A DNA stretch of 64,000 nucleotides. Source: Octopus sinensis (Eukaryota). How positions within the stretch are numbered: position 1 is the first letter of the stretch; every line of letters begins with the position of its first letter. Of this stretch, positions 29,477 through 42,862 are shown piece after piece. The translations under genes and the position numbers were made by a program. The stretch is taken from NCBI RefSeq assembly GCF_006345805.1, contig NC_043004.1, forward strand, positions 63,054,001 to 63,118,000, written 5' to 3'. The notes beneath the pieces are model-generated. The model saw nothing but the letters and a program-made list of their open reading frames with translations. It ran no database searches and was not told the origin of the DNA.

Positions 29477-29553
29477 ATATTTTGTTCAAGTGAAGAATCT
29501 AATCCCCAAAATTATGCAGACAACAAAAGAATATTCGCCCCAAATACAGAAAG
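29477..29553 (+). CDS. M13 gene 1 exon (IFCSSEESNPQNYADNKRIFAPNTE-R)
   Basis: Acceptor tttattttctgcag, donor gtaact, 77 nt, phase 0 to 2. Aligns without gaps to [26 protein letters not shown], with Phe at the His position. Confidence 0.9.
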
Positions 29554-30019
29554 GTAACTGATTTAGGTTTTGGCACCCTCTTTTCATCTAAAAACCACAA
29601 TAAATTACCGTTATACACATTGTCGCATTCATTGGTTTTTAGTTGTAATCTATCAGGTGAAAATATCTATTACTTTTTTTGCATCGAACACTTACCCTAA
29701 ACTGGTCACATTATATGTCGTAGAAGTTGAAAATCACGGCAATATTTCTAGTTTATGTGTAATTATTTATTGTATCGTTTCATTGACAAGAGCCTATTTC
29801 AATACCAAATGGTTATAATCCATAATATTGCTATAGCGAATGCCTGAACGTTTAGGTCACAGAACCACTAACAGTAAATTTGTTGATTCGTGGCCAACCT
29901 CTGAATGTGAACAGGAGTAAATTTTCCCCATGATGTATACGTTTTTGACATTATTTTCTTGTCGGGTCAAAGTTCATACATATGCGCAATCATAATAGGC
30001 ACACACACAGAAACACACA

Positions 30020-30098
<79 letters not shown>

Positions 30099-30244
30099 GC
30101 GTGTGTGCGCGAGTGTAGGAAGACATATTCTAAAGTCTAGAATGTTGATCACCGAATTTAGAATCCTAAAATAAGCGAGGAGGTTTATCTTACAAACATG
30201 CACTTCTTTTGTTGTTACTCATGTTGAAGTAAGATGCTAGTCAC

Positions 30245-30299
<55 letters not shown>

Positions 30300-30893
30300 T
30301 GTCCTGTAACCTCACAAAAACCAAAAGGAAAAATGTATGTGCTCTTCTGAACACAACAAAACCATCTGTTTTATATAATTAAACAACCTGTTTTACAAGA
30401 TATTTTATTTGGCATGTTCGAAAAACGAACGACAGTGATAACAATAATGAGTAAATATATACAATCATTTTTACAAATGTCTGGCGACCTCATCTTTTCT
30501 CGATGGTGAACATCTTTAGACCCCTGCTAACACTTTATACATACATGCTTTCATACATACATGCATACATACATACATATATACGTACACACATACATAC
30601 TCACATACATATATGCATATAAATATATATATGTGTGTGTGTGTTTTGCAATGCGGAGCAAAATATTCACGAGAAAAAACAATTCACGAAAATTTGCGAA
30701 GGTATCATTGACTCTGTTATCATCAAGTGTAACAATTTCGAAATGATGATAACAGAAGCAATAATATAGGCGATTGCAAGCAACCCAAAAAGCTTTAAAT
30801 AGCTGAAAGATTAAAATTAATCGAAGGGCATGCTACATATGCCTACTGGATATAACGGTGGAAACTCGTATTGACCAAATACACTGATACTAA

Positions 30894-30996
30894 CTACAGA
30901 AATCAACTGCCCGAAGGCAAAACGAGCTAAGACATTCTTTCAGCATACATTCAGATTGTCTTAGCGCGTCTGCTTTCGGATGGTTGATTTCTGTAG
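30894..30996. repeat. Imperfect fold-back, MITE-like
   Basis: ctacagaaatcaac / gttgatttctgtag termini, with internal pairing gctaagaca / tgtcttagc. Confidence 0.6.
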
Positions 30997-31237
30997 CTAT
31001 TATCAGTGAAAAAATGGCGATTTAGATACTAGTTTGAATGTTGATAGATCGTTAACCACAACGCACATTTTTTCTCTCCTTGTTTCTCTACTTGCTTTAT
31101 CTGTGTCCCTTCTGTAGAAGGGCGTAGGCTCGAAACGTAAAAGACTTTTCCTATTCCTGAGCGTTATACTAATACATTTGTTTATTTTGTACACCACCTG
31201 TGTTCGTCTTTTTTTTTTTTTCGTAGACTCTCCCTAC

Positions 31238-31326
<89 letters not shown>

Positions 31327-31885
31327 TATGTATTAGAGCTAAAATCAAACTAAGGCAGCGCGAATATTTCAAGTTATTTCGTTATAATAATTTAATAGAG
31401 GTCAGGTGAATTTGAAGTCTTACAGCCGTTTCTGGGATATTCAAAGTGATAGAATACCCATACATTGGGTGGGTATTCCGTCATCAGACACAAGGTATGA
31501 ATATCTTACACATTTGGTGGAATGAACATATGTTAGGTACTTGGTGTGATGTATATATGCTCTGACTGCCAATGGTAAATACTTCTACGCAAAAGGTGAA
31601 ATCAATTGATATCAAGATATCTGTTCTTCAATTTATAGTTTTTGCAAAGGTATGGCCTATTTTTCTTATATTCGCTGCTTTAACCATGCTTGTTTATTTA
31701 CAGTGAGAGATTTGTGGTTTGGATATTTTACTCTTATTTCTAGCAAGCTGGCTTCTCGATAAATTTCTTTATTTGTATATATTGTACCTATTTGCTTAAG
31801 CTTGCTGGCTACTATATTTTCATTATTATTATTGTTATTAGTATTATTATTATCATCATCATCATCATAATCATCATTATTATTA

Positions 31886-31957
<72 letters not shown>

Positions 31958-31959
<2 letters not shown>

Positions 31960-34900
31960 GTATATTTTTTTTATAGCGTGCTTTCACTTCACTACCCAGC
32001 GCAGCTCTGTGTGCCTTGCGTATGTGCTGTGATTTGTTGTGATGCTCTGATGGTTATTGTATGGAAAGTGTTCTGCGTAGGATGTGTGCAGTGCCTAGTA
32101 GTGCAATTTTCTGTATGTTATATGTGTTTGTAAGTCCTGGTGTTTTTGTTATGTATTTGTCTGAATATTTTTATATCATGCCTAATGCACCTATTATGAT
32201 AGGAATTGTTTCTGTTTTTAGATTCCACATTCTGGTTACCTCTATTTCCAGGTCTTTGTATTTTGAAAGTTTCTCCATTTCTTTTGGGGACACACACGTT
32301 GTTATCCGCTGGTATTGATACATCAATTAGAAAACATTTTTTCTTCATGATCTCTGAGAACTATATCTGGTCTGTTGGCCTTAATTTCTTTATCTGTGTG
32401 TATTGGCATATGCCAGAGTATGGTTCCTTTCTCGTTTTCTGTGACCTTTTGTGGTGTGTGATTATACCATCTTTTTTCTGTTGTTACTCCATAATGTTGG
32501 CATAGTTTCCAGTGTATATAGGTCCCAAATCTGTCATGTCTGTGAACATATTCCTTCTTAGCCAGGACTGGGCAGCCAGAGATAATATGATTTATTGTTT
32601 CTTGTCCATCTCCACATGTTCTGCAGTTACTTGTTGTATTTCTTTTCATTACATGTTTTTGGTAATTTCTGGTGGGGAGGCATTGGTCTTGTGCTGCAAT
32701 TAAAAATCCCTCTGTCTCTGCTTTGAGTCCTGATCTTCTCAACCATTGCTGGGATTTTTCTTTGTCTATTGCTTTTGCATTTAGTTTACTCCAGTATTTA
32801 CCATGAAGGGACTTTTCTTGCCATCGTTTTATCATGGTCCGTTGCTGTTCTATTTTTAGTTTAGATTTCATTTCATTTGTTTTATAGCTTTTGTTGTTTC
32901 TTCATCTTCTTCTTCTTCTTCAAATTTGTTAGGTGGTATGATTTCTTGTCTGTATTTGTCAGCTTCCTTAAATACTGAGAACAATTTTTTGCTTTGCTCG
33001 TGTTTTACCGCTATTTGTATCAGTTTTCCTTCCCTCTGAAGTAGATATTTTTGCAGTCCTATGGTGGTTATTTTGTAGTGGTTTTCCAGCTGTATAAGGC
33101 CTCTACCACATTCTATACGTTGTATATATAGCCTTTCTATGTCAGATTTTGGGTGATGCATCCTAGATCCTGTCATTATTTTTCTTGTTTTCCTATCTAT
33201 TTTGGTCAGTTCATTTCGTGTCCAGTTAAGGATATTGTTGCTGTAACTTATAACTGGGACGGCTAAAGTGTTGATACCTATTATCTTGTTTTTAGCATTG
33301 AGCTCTGTTTTCAGTATTGATCTAACTCGTCTATAATATTCTTTTTTTATTTTCTCTTTCATTTGTGTGTGTTGTGTCTTATCTAGTTCATGGATTCCTA
33401 AGTATTTGTAAGTTTGGCTTTGGTCTAATTCTTTTATTTCATTGGTTTTATCTCGTGTGATGTTGCTACTCTTAACTAGTTTTCCTCTTTTCAGGGTTAC
33501 TTTGGCGCATTTCTCTAATCCAAATTTCATATCTATTTCTTTGGTAAATCCATGAACTGTCTTTAGTAGTGTTTCCAGCTGTTTGTCATTTATAGCGTAT
33601 AGTTTTAGGTCACCCATATATAACAGGTGGCTGATCGTTTTGCCGTAACATTTATATGCGCATCCAGTTCTGTTTAGCATATCCGATAGAGGTGACAGTG
33701 CCAAGCAGAAAAGGAGTAGAGAGAGCGTATCTCCCTGGAATATTTCTCTTCTAATGGGGATGGCTTTGGTTTTCATGAGTCCCTCTTTTGTTTGGAGCTG
33801 TAGCACTGTCTGCCATTTATTCATAGAGTGTCCTATGTATTTTATAATTGTTGGTGCTACTTTGTTAATGGCTAGTGTTTCGAGGATCCACGTGTGGGGG
33901 ATGCCATCAAATACCTTTTTGTAGTCGATCCAGGCCATACTGAGCCCTTTCTGTCTATGCCTGTCTTCAGTTATGGCTTTATTGATCATTAGTTGATCTT
34001 TACAGCCTTTGCAGCATCCTTTCTGCTCTTCTGGAAACAGGTTGTTTTCGTCCAGGTGTTTGTTCAATCTTTGCGATATTATTGCAGTAAATGCTTTGTA
34101 CATTGTAGGGAGACAGGTTATAGGTCTGTAATTTTCTGGTTTTGCTGTCTCATTTGATTTGGCAATTAAGATGGTTTTCCCCTTCGTGAGCCATTCAGGC
34201 ATTGTCCCTGGCTCTGCTATTATGTTGCTAAAGTTTTCAGCCAGCTTTTTGTGCATTCTTGTTAGATATTTCAACCAGAAGTTGGTGACCTCTTCAGCTG
34301 TTATGGGGTTCAAAGTTGCTCAGATGCTGAGTTTGTTGTTTTAATATTCCCTTTTTTTGGTTGTTCGTTCGCCGACCATATTTCTCTCCAGAATTCTTCC
34401 ACTTCTTCTGCTGTTGGTGCTGCAGTGATTTCTATTTTATTTTTGCCAAGTTCTTGGTAGAACTTTTGGGGGTTGGAGTTGAACTGTTTGTTTTGTTCAA
34501 AGAAACGTTGGCGTTTCTCGTACCGGCGGATCCTTTGTGCTTTGGCAAGGATCTCTTGCTTTAGCTTTTCTTTTATCTCAGGTAAATCTTTTTTCTGTGA
34601 TGTTGTATTTGCGGAGTATTTTTGTTTTCTTTTTGTTGTTCAGTAGCGTTGATTGTCTACTGATTTCATTAAGAATCGACAGATCTTTTCTCATTTTTTG
34701 TATTTTGTTTTGGATGTTATTTATCCACAGGGTTTGTTTGGGTGGTGGTACTCCTGTTTGGATGAGTTTGAGTGAGTATCCAGCTTCTTTTGTGGCTGCA
34801 GTGGCTGCTGCGTATTCTAAGTCATTTAGCTCAGTGATATCGCTTTTTGTTTCAGTGGCTATTAGTTCCGCGACGGCAAGGTTTATGCTGTTTATAATTG

Positions 34901-35989
34901 GTGTTGTTATTTTGTCTATTTTGATTTTTATGAGGTATGGTCGGTGGGCCATTTTGAGCTCTGTGGTTTTCAGTTCTTTGATTATTTTACTTTTTATAGT
35001 GTCATAATCATTAAGCTCCTCTTCGTTGTTTTCAGGTTTTAGTTTTGTGTCGCTTTCTTTATCATTTGTATGTTTGTCTGTCGTGTTTGGCTTGCTGTTT
35101 TTCGTGTATTATTATGCATCCTTACGGTCTACGTTTGTTGCTTTTTGTTTACATCGTTTTTGTTGGAAATCTTACGTTTGTCTTCGTGTTTTACTGTTTC
35201 AGTGTTTATATTATTTGGCATTGTTGTGTGGTTTCTATCTACATTTTCCTGATATCTTTTTCTTTTAAATGTTCTATTTCTATTCCTGATATTTTTTACG
35301 TTAAAAATATATCTCCGTATATTTGCTAGTTTATTAGGATTCATTGCTGTATCCAGGTTTTTATTTATGTTATTTTTCTTCCATATGTTATATGTATATG
35401 TTGTGTTTTCGCTCTTTGGGTAAAACACTGCCGTGAAGTAAGCGTGTAGGATTGAAATGTTTTTCCTCACGTGTCCATTTAGGCATTTTTGGTTTTATTT
35501 GCGGGACATGAGGAACAGCGTCCGGCCCACTATTTTGTTTCTGGTTATTTTCCAGAAGGCACTAACCATTGATGGCTAAGGGCTTTTTCAACATCGGCAT
35601 TGTTGGCTCTCTGTGGGTATTTGCAATTGAGTAATTTGTCATGCCATTTACGCCAGCTAAACTTGTTGTACTGTTTATTAGTCGTAATACATCCGCTGTT
35701 TTTTGTCCTGTTTTGACCATTATTGTTTTTTGTATTTTATATTCGTGTGGCATCGTCCGTTTTTCTGTCCCTGTTTTGTGTACATTCGATCCTTCTTCCA
35801 AGAAATCTAATGCTCGTAGCTTAGTTTTTCCTTGGGGCTGGCTGGATCGGAGCGATCTCAAGGTTAATCAGCCGAAATGGCTAGGATGATCCGGTTCTTG
35901 ACTGAAGATTGAAGGGTTCGAATGTCCCGTCCGTGTTTTTTGTATCGTCTTCTAAATGTTTTACGTTCTTGTCCCAGTTTGTATTTTTC

Positions 35990-35992
<3 letters not shown>
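31958..35992 (-). mobile_element. Near-full-length R4/Dong-like non-LTR retrotransposon (about 4 kb), frameshifted
   Basis: RT 32868-34313 (NYRPITCL, IDYKKVFD, IFQGDTLS, YMGDLKLY), zinc knuckle and RLE at 32118-32871, N-terminal pieces to about 35860, (TAA)n tail. Confidence 0.92.
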
Positions 35993-36071
<79 letters not shown>

Positions 36072-36444
36072 TTTGTGGTAGATTTATCTCCGGCATAGTC
36101 TTTTGTTTTTTTTTAATTTATTAATTGTTTACTTTGTGCTTGTTCGAAATTTTTTTTAAATGTTTTTCTATTTTTTCCTTCGTCTGTGACACGTGCTTTC
36201 ATATATGCGTGTATGTGTGTTCTGTAAATTCCACGTAGTTGTGTAAACATTGGGATGTATGTGTAGTCCTATGGTAATTAAAATGTATATACGATAGTGT
36301 AAACATTCGAGTGTATGCATAATTAATCATTTTACGTACTTACTGTTTTGTTCCACTTATATTTTATACGTAAATATTAATTTCTATATTGTTAGTTACG
36401 ATATGTATATAAATTTACTTATTATTTTTATAAAAAGGGCAGTT

Positions 36445-38045
36445 GCTAACGTCCATTGAGGACCAACTTGCAAGATGGAAGGAACACCTCTAACAAATAC
36501 TTAACCGTCCTCCACCTCAAGAACCGCCAGAATTGGGGCCGGGGATACCTCTCAATATCCACACTGGAGACAGATATCCGTAAAGCCGTGAAGAGCTTAA
36601 AGAACGGAAAGGCGGCAGGTGTGGACAGAGGCACTGAAGACAGGAGAAGAGATGATCGATTACATGCACCATGTGCAGAACTTGGAATGGACGACAGAGA
36701 ACATCCCAACCGACTGGAAGAAGGGTCTTTTAGTGAAGCTTCGGAAGAGTGGGGATTTATTACAATGTGAAAAGTGGAGAGGAATTACCTTGCTTTCCAT
36801 TCAAAGCGAAGTCCTTACAAGAATCATCCTGGAGCTATCGAAAGATACCATTGACAAGCAATTCAGAGATGAGCAGGCACGTTTCGGAAAGGAGAGATCA
36901 TGCACGGACCAAATTGCGAAGATCGGAGTCATCGTGGAACAGACAATGGAATGGCAAACGTCACTCTATGTGTGCTTCGTCGACTTTGAAAAGGCATTTG
37001 ACAGCGTAGACAGGCAAACAATCTGGGACATCTTACGACACTATGGTGTGTCAGAGAAGATTGTGGACATTATTCGATTACTCTACGAGGGGTTTACCTG
37101 CCAGGTCATCCATACTGGGAGATTGTCGGAGGAATTCCGGGTCAACAAAGGAGTGAGGCAGAACTGTTTGTTGTCCCCCCTCATCGTGCCGGACAGGGTC
37201 ACTAGGATGGACTAGGTTACCTCCGGGAAAGGTTTTCAGAGGACACTGATGAACAAGCTGAAGGACTTGGACTACGCAGATTATCTCGTGCCACTGTCGT
37301 ATCGCCTGCAAGACATGCAAGATAAGGTAGACCACCTGGTAGAAACTCCATGGCGTGTGGGCTTGTGGATCAGCCGGGAAAAGACAAACGTTCTGCGTAT
37401 CAACAACAACCAAGAAGAGCCAATCACAATCGAAGGAGGATGTTAGTGAGTTTGTCTATCTTGGCAGCCATATCAGCAAATCAGGTGGATTAGTCGAGGA
37501 CATCACGGCAAGAAACAAGAAGGCTTGGTAAGTCTTCGCTATTCTTCGGCCGGTATGGAGGTCACTGCCATCTCAACACGAACGAAACTCCGCTTATTTA
37601 GTTCAAACGTAAAATCTGTGCATTTGTATGGCTCTGAAAAACAGAGAGCCACCTGCAGCAACTACAAGAAGATTCAGACCTACATCAACAGATGTCTCCG
37701 GCAGATCATCCATCCGAAGTGGTTCAACAGAGTGCCAAACACCGACCTGTGGGAAAAGGCCAACCAGGAGCCCATATATGTTCAGATTAGACGAAGGAAA
37801 TCGAGATGGATCTGACACACAATGCGGAAAGAACCCTCGAATGTTTAAATGTGACATGAGTGGCACTTGACTGGAACCGGTAGGGGAAACGAAGCGAGGA
37901 TGCCCGAAGCAGACATGGAAGCGTAGCATTTTGGACGAGCTCAGGCCGGACATGGGAAGCAGCCAAGAAACACGCCAATGACAGCAACAGGTAGGAAATA
38001 ACTGTTGAAGACCTATGCTCCACAAGGGGCAAAAAGGATTCAGAA
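36445..38045 (+). mobile_element. 5'-truncated RTE LINE, degraded RT
   Basis: WRGITLLS, CFVDFEKAFDSVDR, GVRQNCLLSP, LDYADYL; frameshifts. Confidence 0.9.
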
Positions 38046-38054
38046 GAAAAGAAG

Positions 38055-38117
<63 letters not shown>

Positions 38118-38122
38118 TATAT

Positions 38123-38410
38123 ACCACGTGATCACGTGACCGACCAGGCTATCAGATGTTGCTACACATCGCCGGTCACAATGCGCTTCGCATTGTTTTA
38201 GCCTTCAAATGACGCCGCCAACAGAAGAAAGAGTGAGAGAAAGTTGTGGCGAAAGAGTACAGCAGGGATCGCCACCACCCCCTGTCAGAGCCTCGTGGAG
38301 CTTTATGTGTTTTCGCTCAATAAACACTCACAACGCCCTGTCTGGGAATCGAAGCTGCGATCCTACGCCCGCGAGTCTGCTGCCCTAACCACTAGGTCAT
38401 TGCACCTCCA
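38123..38410 (-). mobile_element. tRNA-derived SINE (family 1, tail type A, internal deletion)
   Basis: Homologous to 1396-1687. Confidence 0.85.
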
Positions 38411-38422
38411 CACACACACACG

Positions 38423-38512
<90 letters not shown>

Positions 38513-38597
38513 TTTACATAACTGCATATACACATATATATACGCATAAATACACTCACACACCCACACAAAATATATATGTATATATATATGTATG

Positions 38598-38631
<34 letters not shown>

Positions 38632-38857
38632 TGTATGTATGTATGTATGCATGTATGTATGTATACATCTATTTGTGCGAGACTTTGTGACTGTGTTCGA
38701 TTTTCATGTGACGCAATTTTGTGAGCCGAAGCGTTTAGGTAAAACAAATATTATATGAAATAAGTACTTTGCTTAAGAATATGTCCTGGGATTCACTTGT
38801 TCCACAGAAACTCTCCAAGGTGGCGCCCTAACATGGACGTAGTCAAATGACAAAAAG

Positions 38858-38965
<108 letters not shown>

Positions 38966-40233
38966 GAGATAATGGTGTCATTGAGACCCAAAGGTGTCAG
39001 GTAATGCTGAATAAGTGCGATAGACAGACCATAGTTAAGTTCCAAATTCGGTAATTTTGCGAATAAAAGGTTCAACGTTGGTTCTATGTCAGCGTGTGTA
39101 TATATGAATGTTTGCGTAATGAGATAAAAGGTTGTATGGATCATTTATAGATAGAAGGTCTTACAACTGTTTCTAGAATATTAGTTAACAATATTCCTTC
39201 ATCGGAGATAGGTCGGTTTAAACACAAACCTCCAATCTGCTACACTCTATATAAATTCCATACAGGGAATGACCAACTTTACATTGCTTATAAACTTTAC
39301 ACCTGGATGGACTCATGTTAATCTCTGTTGGACTTATGGATTTAACTCAAAGGATATTGGAATATTACACATATATACCATTATGCCTATAAAACGGATT
39401 TATGAACTCTTTAACCATACATATCTCACATCTATTTTCTTTCCTCCACCTCACTCTCTATATGTATCACATCGAAACTAACTATGACTTAATTTTCCTC
39501 TCACACCGTCTCCGTTGAAGGGATATTATTAATTAATATTCTAGAAACAGCTGTAAGTCCTTCTATCTATAAATGCTCTAATAACTATACAGCCTTGTTT
39601 TTTATCTCATTACTCAAAAGTTCATATATATATATATATATATATATATAACAAAGTTGAGTTGTGGGGTATCGCACGAGTGGAATTATATACGAAAGAA
39701 GGTTTGAAAATGCAATTTAAAAGATGTTTATTTACTTAACCGGTTTCACTCTTCGGAAAAAGATTGTCAAAAGTAACATAGAATATTATGAATTCAAAAA
39801 AGTTTTTTACATAATTGCCACATTACATGTATATATACAGTATTTGGTAACATGAACATGTTAAGGACATAAAGAATTACAACAGTATGATGAGAATATT
39901 CGAAAAAAATGGGCAGAAAAGAATAACGCAAATATATTATTGGAAGTTTGGTTGCGTTAATTATTGGTTGTTGCAAATTGCCACGTTACATGTATATATA
40001 CAGTCTTTGGTAACAAGGACATGTTAAGGACATAAGAAAGTACAACAGTATGATAAGAATATTTGAAAAAATGAGCAGAAAAGATTAAAATAAATACATT
40101 ATACATCTCATGTGTTTTCGCTCAATAAACACTCACAACGCCCTGTCTGGGAATCGAAGCTGCGATCCTACGCCCGCGAGTCTGCTGCCCTAACCACTAG
40201 GTCATTGCACCTCTCCACACACACACACGCACG

Positions 40234-40267
<34 letters not shown>

Positions 40268-41065
40268 CATATATAATTATTTACATAACTGCATACACAC
40301 ACATATGTATACGCATAAATACACTCACATATATATACGCATAAATACACTTACATTATGAATTCAAGGCGAGCTTGTTTACTGACCTGTCCGTTTTAGC
40401 AGAAATGTAGAAATTGAGAAAGATGTACCGGTTTTTTTATGTTTTTGGCTTTCCTTCAAGCATCAATGATTTTGGGGTTAGGATGAGGTGAATATGTGTG
40501 TCTCTCTGCGTGTGTGTGAATAGATGTGTCTGTGTGTCTGTAGTATTTGGTCAGATGGCGTCTGTTTGTCAAGTGTGTGTGGTTGTCATGGTGTTGTGTG
40601 TGCGTGTGTGTGCGCGTGCGTGTGTGCGTGTGTGCGTGCGTGTGTACGCACGCATGAGTGTGGATGGCATTTGACATGGTACTGCGTGTGTATATATGTG
40701 CCTGTATGGAGGTGAGATTGGTATGAGTGTGCGTGCACACACACGTATACAAGTGTCTGCGTGTGTGGGGGGGTGTTTTTGAATGGTTCCAGGGTGGCGA
40801 AAATAGATGTGTGTTATTTAAAGAATTTTTTGGGGTAGGATGGTGTGTTCACGCATCGGCACACATAGGGCACACTAGCGGGCATTGACCACACATACGC
40901 GGCACGCACATGCATGCATTATATATATGTAGGTTATGTATGTGTGGGAATGTTGTGTGTGTGTGTGCGTTGTGTGTGTGTGTGTGTGTGCGCGTGTGTG
41001 TGTGTGCCTTGCGTGAAAATTCGAACTAAACTAATGGAAATGTGTCATATATGCATATATATTTA

Positions 41066-41108
<43 letters not shown>

Positions 41109-41734
41109 GCGAGAAAGAAGCAACAAGAATGGATAGGTTTTTAGTACAATCGTTTCATACAAGGACAGGCTTTATTAAATGTTGCAAAAATTACAGCATA
41201 TAAACGTGTCCCGTACTCATCAGCTAAAATACATGTGAGTTCTCTAGACATCCTAGTGGTTGAGGCTATACTCATGAAGTAATGTAGATAATTAAGTAAC
41301 ATAAACAGATTTCCAAAGTTCATTAAAGTTCTTTAAAGATGATTTACAGTCTTATCACAGAATTTTAAAAAAGTTTTAATAGCATCACAGAGAAGGTGAC
41401 CTAATCCATAGTGCACATTTGAATTTCCAGAGATATGAGGAGGGATTACATACTCACAGACGACAAATTTATCCATTGTTAATCACAACGAGGTGGGTCT
41501 CAATTCCTGCTTATTAGCATTACAGAGAGGGTGAATTAATTCTTTGTATAGATGCACAATTTCCAATGGTGTAGATGTAAATTTCCAGAGAAATGAAGAG
41601 GAATTTCATATTCACAGGCGATAAATTTATCAATGGTTGAACACAATGAGGTAGGTATCAATTCTTGTTATATGATTAGGTATTTGCCACATTAATCACA
41701 TTACTGCTATTTACAAGAGGCTGTAGCTATTTAA

Positions 41735-42862
41735 CTTTTTCCTTTCAACTGTGCGATACAATCGGATATACAGAACAAATTCAAAGTAATTCTGGAAAAA
41801 AATTTCCCTATCTCTCATAGATATCATAGAATTATTTCTAGGAAAACAGTTAGGATTTCTTATTCAACCCTCCCAAATATGTCCACTTTAATAGCTAAGA
41901 TTAATAATAACAACATTAAACTAGCCAGGAAAGATAGAAATAAAAATAATAATATCAGCATGAATACCAATAGCAATTATAATAATACTACCAACAATAA
42001 AAACAGCAATAGTAACTATCAAAACATAGGTGAAATTAGTAACCACAGAAGGACTAATAACATTAACATTAATAGTAATAATAACAATGCCGATATTAAT
42101 AGAAGTAATAATGTTAATAATAGAAAAAATAGAAATAAAGCTAATGGAGAAAATAAGGAGAATGAAAATATCAGTGATATCTATAACAACAATATGCAGT
42201 CGGATAAAAAGACTAACAATAATAGTAACATTACCAATAATATAAGAAATCATGGTAGGACTTTAGACCTAAATGATGAAACAGAAGGATCAATAAATAA
42301 TAGCAATACTTTAGCTATCAGCACCAACTATAGAAATATTAATAACAATAAGGACAATTATACTCATGATAATCAAAATAATAGGAACCTAAGACATCTA
42401 CCCAAGAATAATCCAAAACCTGAAGTTGTTCCTCCTGTGTGTAAGTGTAGAATAAAATCAAAATGCCCGGCACCTGGTCTATGCGGGGAAAATAATGTAA
42501 TCTATAAATGTACCATATCCACGGAGAATAACAAATATTTTTACATTGGATGTACAATTAATTTTCTAGCCAGAGTTAGAAATCACATCTCGTCTTTTAA
42601 ATTACGTCATAAAGCTGGTACCACCACACTTTCAAGCAAAATCTGGGAACTCAAAAATAATAATAATAATTATAACCTTAATTGGGAAATAGTTAGGAGA
42701 GCAATTCCGTATAAAAATAGTAGGGTTGGTTGCCAACTATGCTCCATGGAGACGTATGAAATTCTAAAGCATAGAAAACATAGAAACTTATTGAATAACC
42801 ATATCGAACTAGGTCAAGTTTGTGTCCACGCTAAATTGAAGACTTTAAAATATTTTAAATGA
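41735..42862 (+). CDS. Penelope-type GIY-YIG endonuclease region with Asn-rich insert (no RT)
   Basis: Frame open from 41735: PFN...KNFP..H....ISYS.LPN, then about 130 Asn-rich residues, CKC...CP..G.C zinc finger, VIY...YFYIGCT, R...H, C.LC..E..EI. Confidence 0.85.
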   Translation, partial: LFPFNCAIQSDIQNKFKVILEKNFPISHRYHRIISRKTVRISYSTLPNMSTLIAKINNNNIKLARKDRNKNNNISMNTNSNYNNTTNNKNSNSNYQNIGEISNHRRTNNININSNNNNADINRSNNVNNRKNRNKANGENKENENISDIYNNNMQSDKKTNNNSNITNNIRNHGRTLDLNDETEGSINNSNTLAISTNYRNINNNKDNYTHDNQNNRNLRHLPKNNPKPEVVPPVCKCRIKSKCPAPGLCGENNVIYKCTISTENNKYFYIGCTINFLARVRNHISSFKLRHKAGTTTLSSKIWELKNNNNNYNLNWEIVRRAIPYKNSRVGCQLCSMETYEILKHRKHRNLLNNHIELGQVCVHAKLKTLKYFK

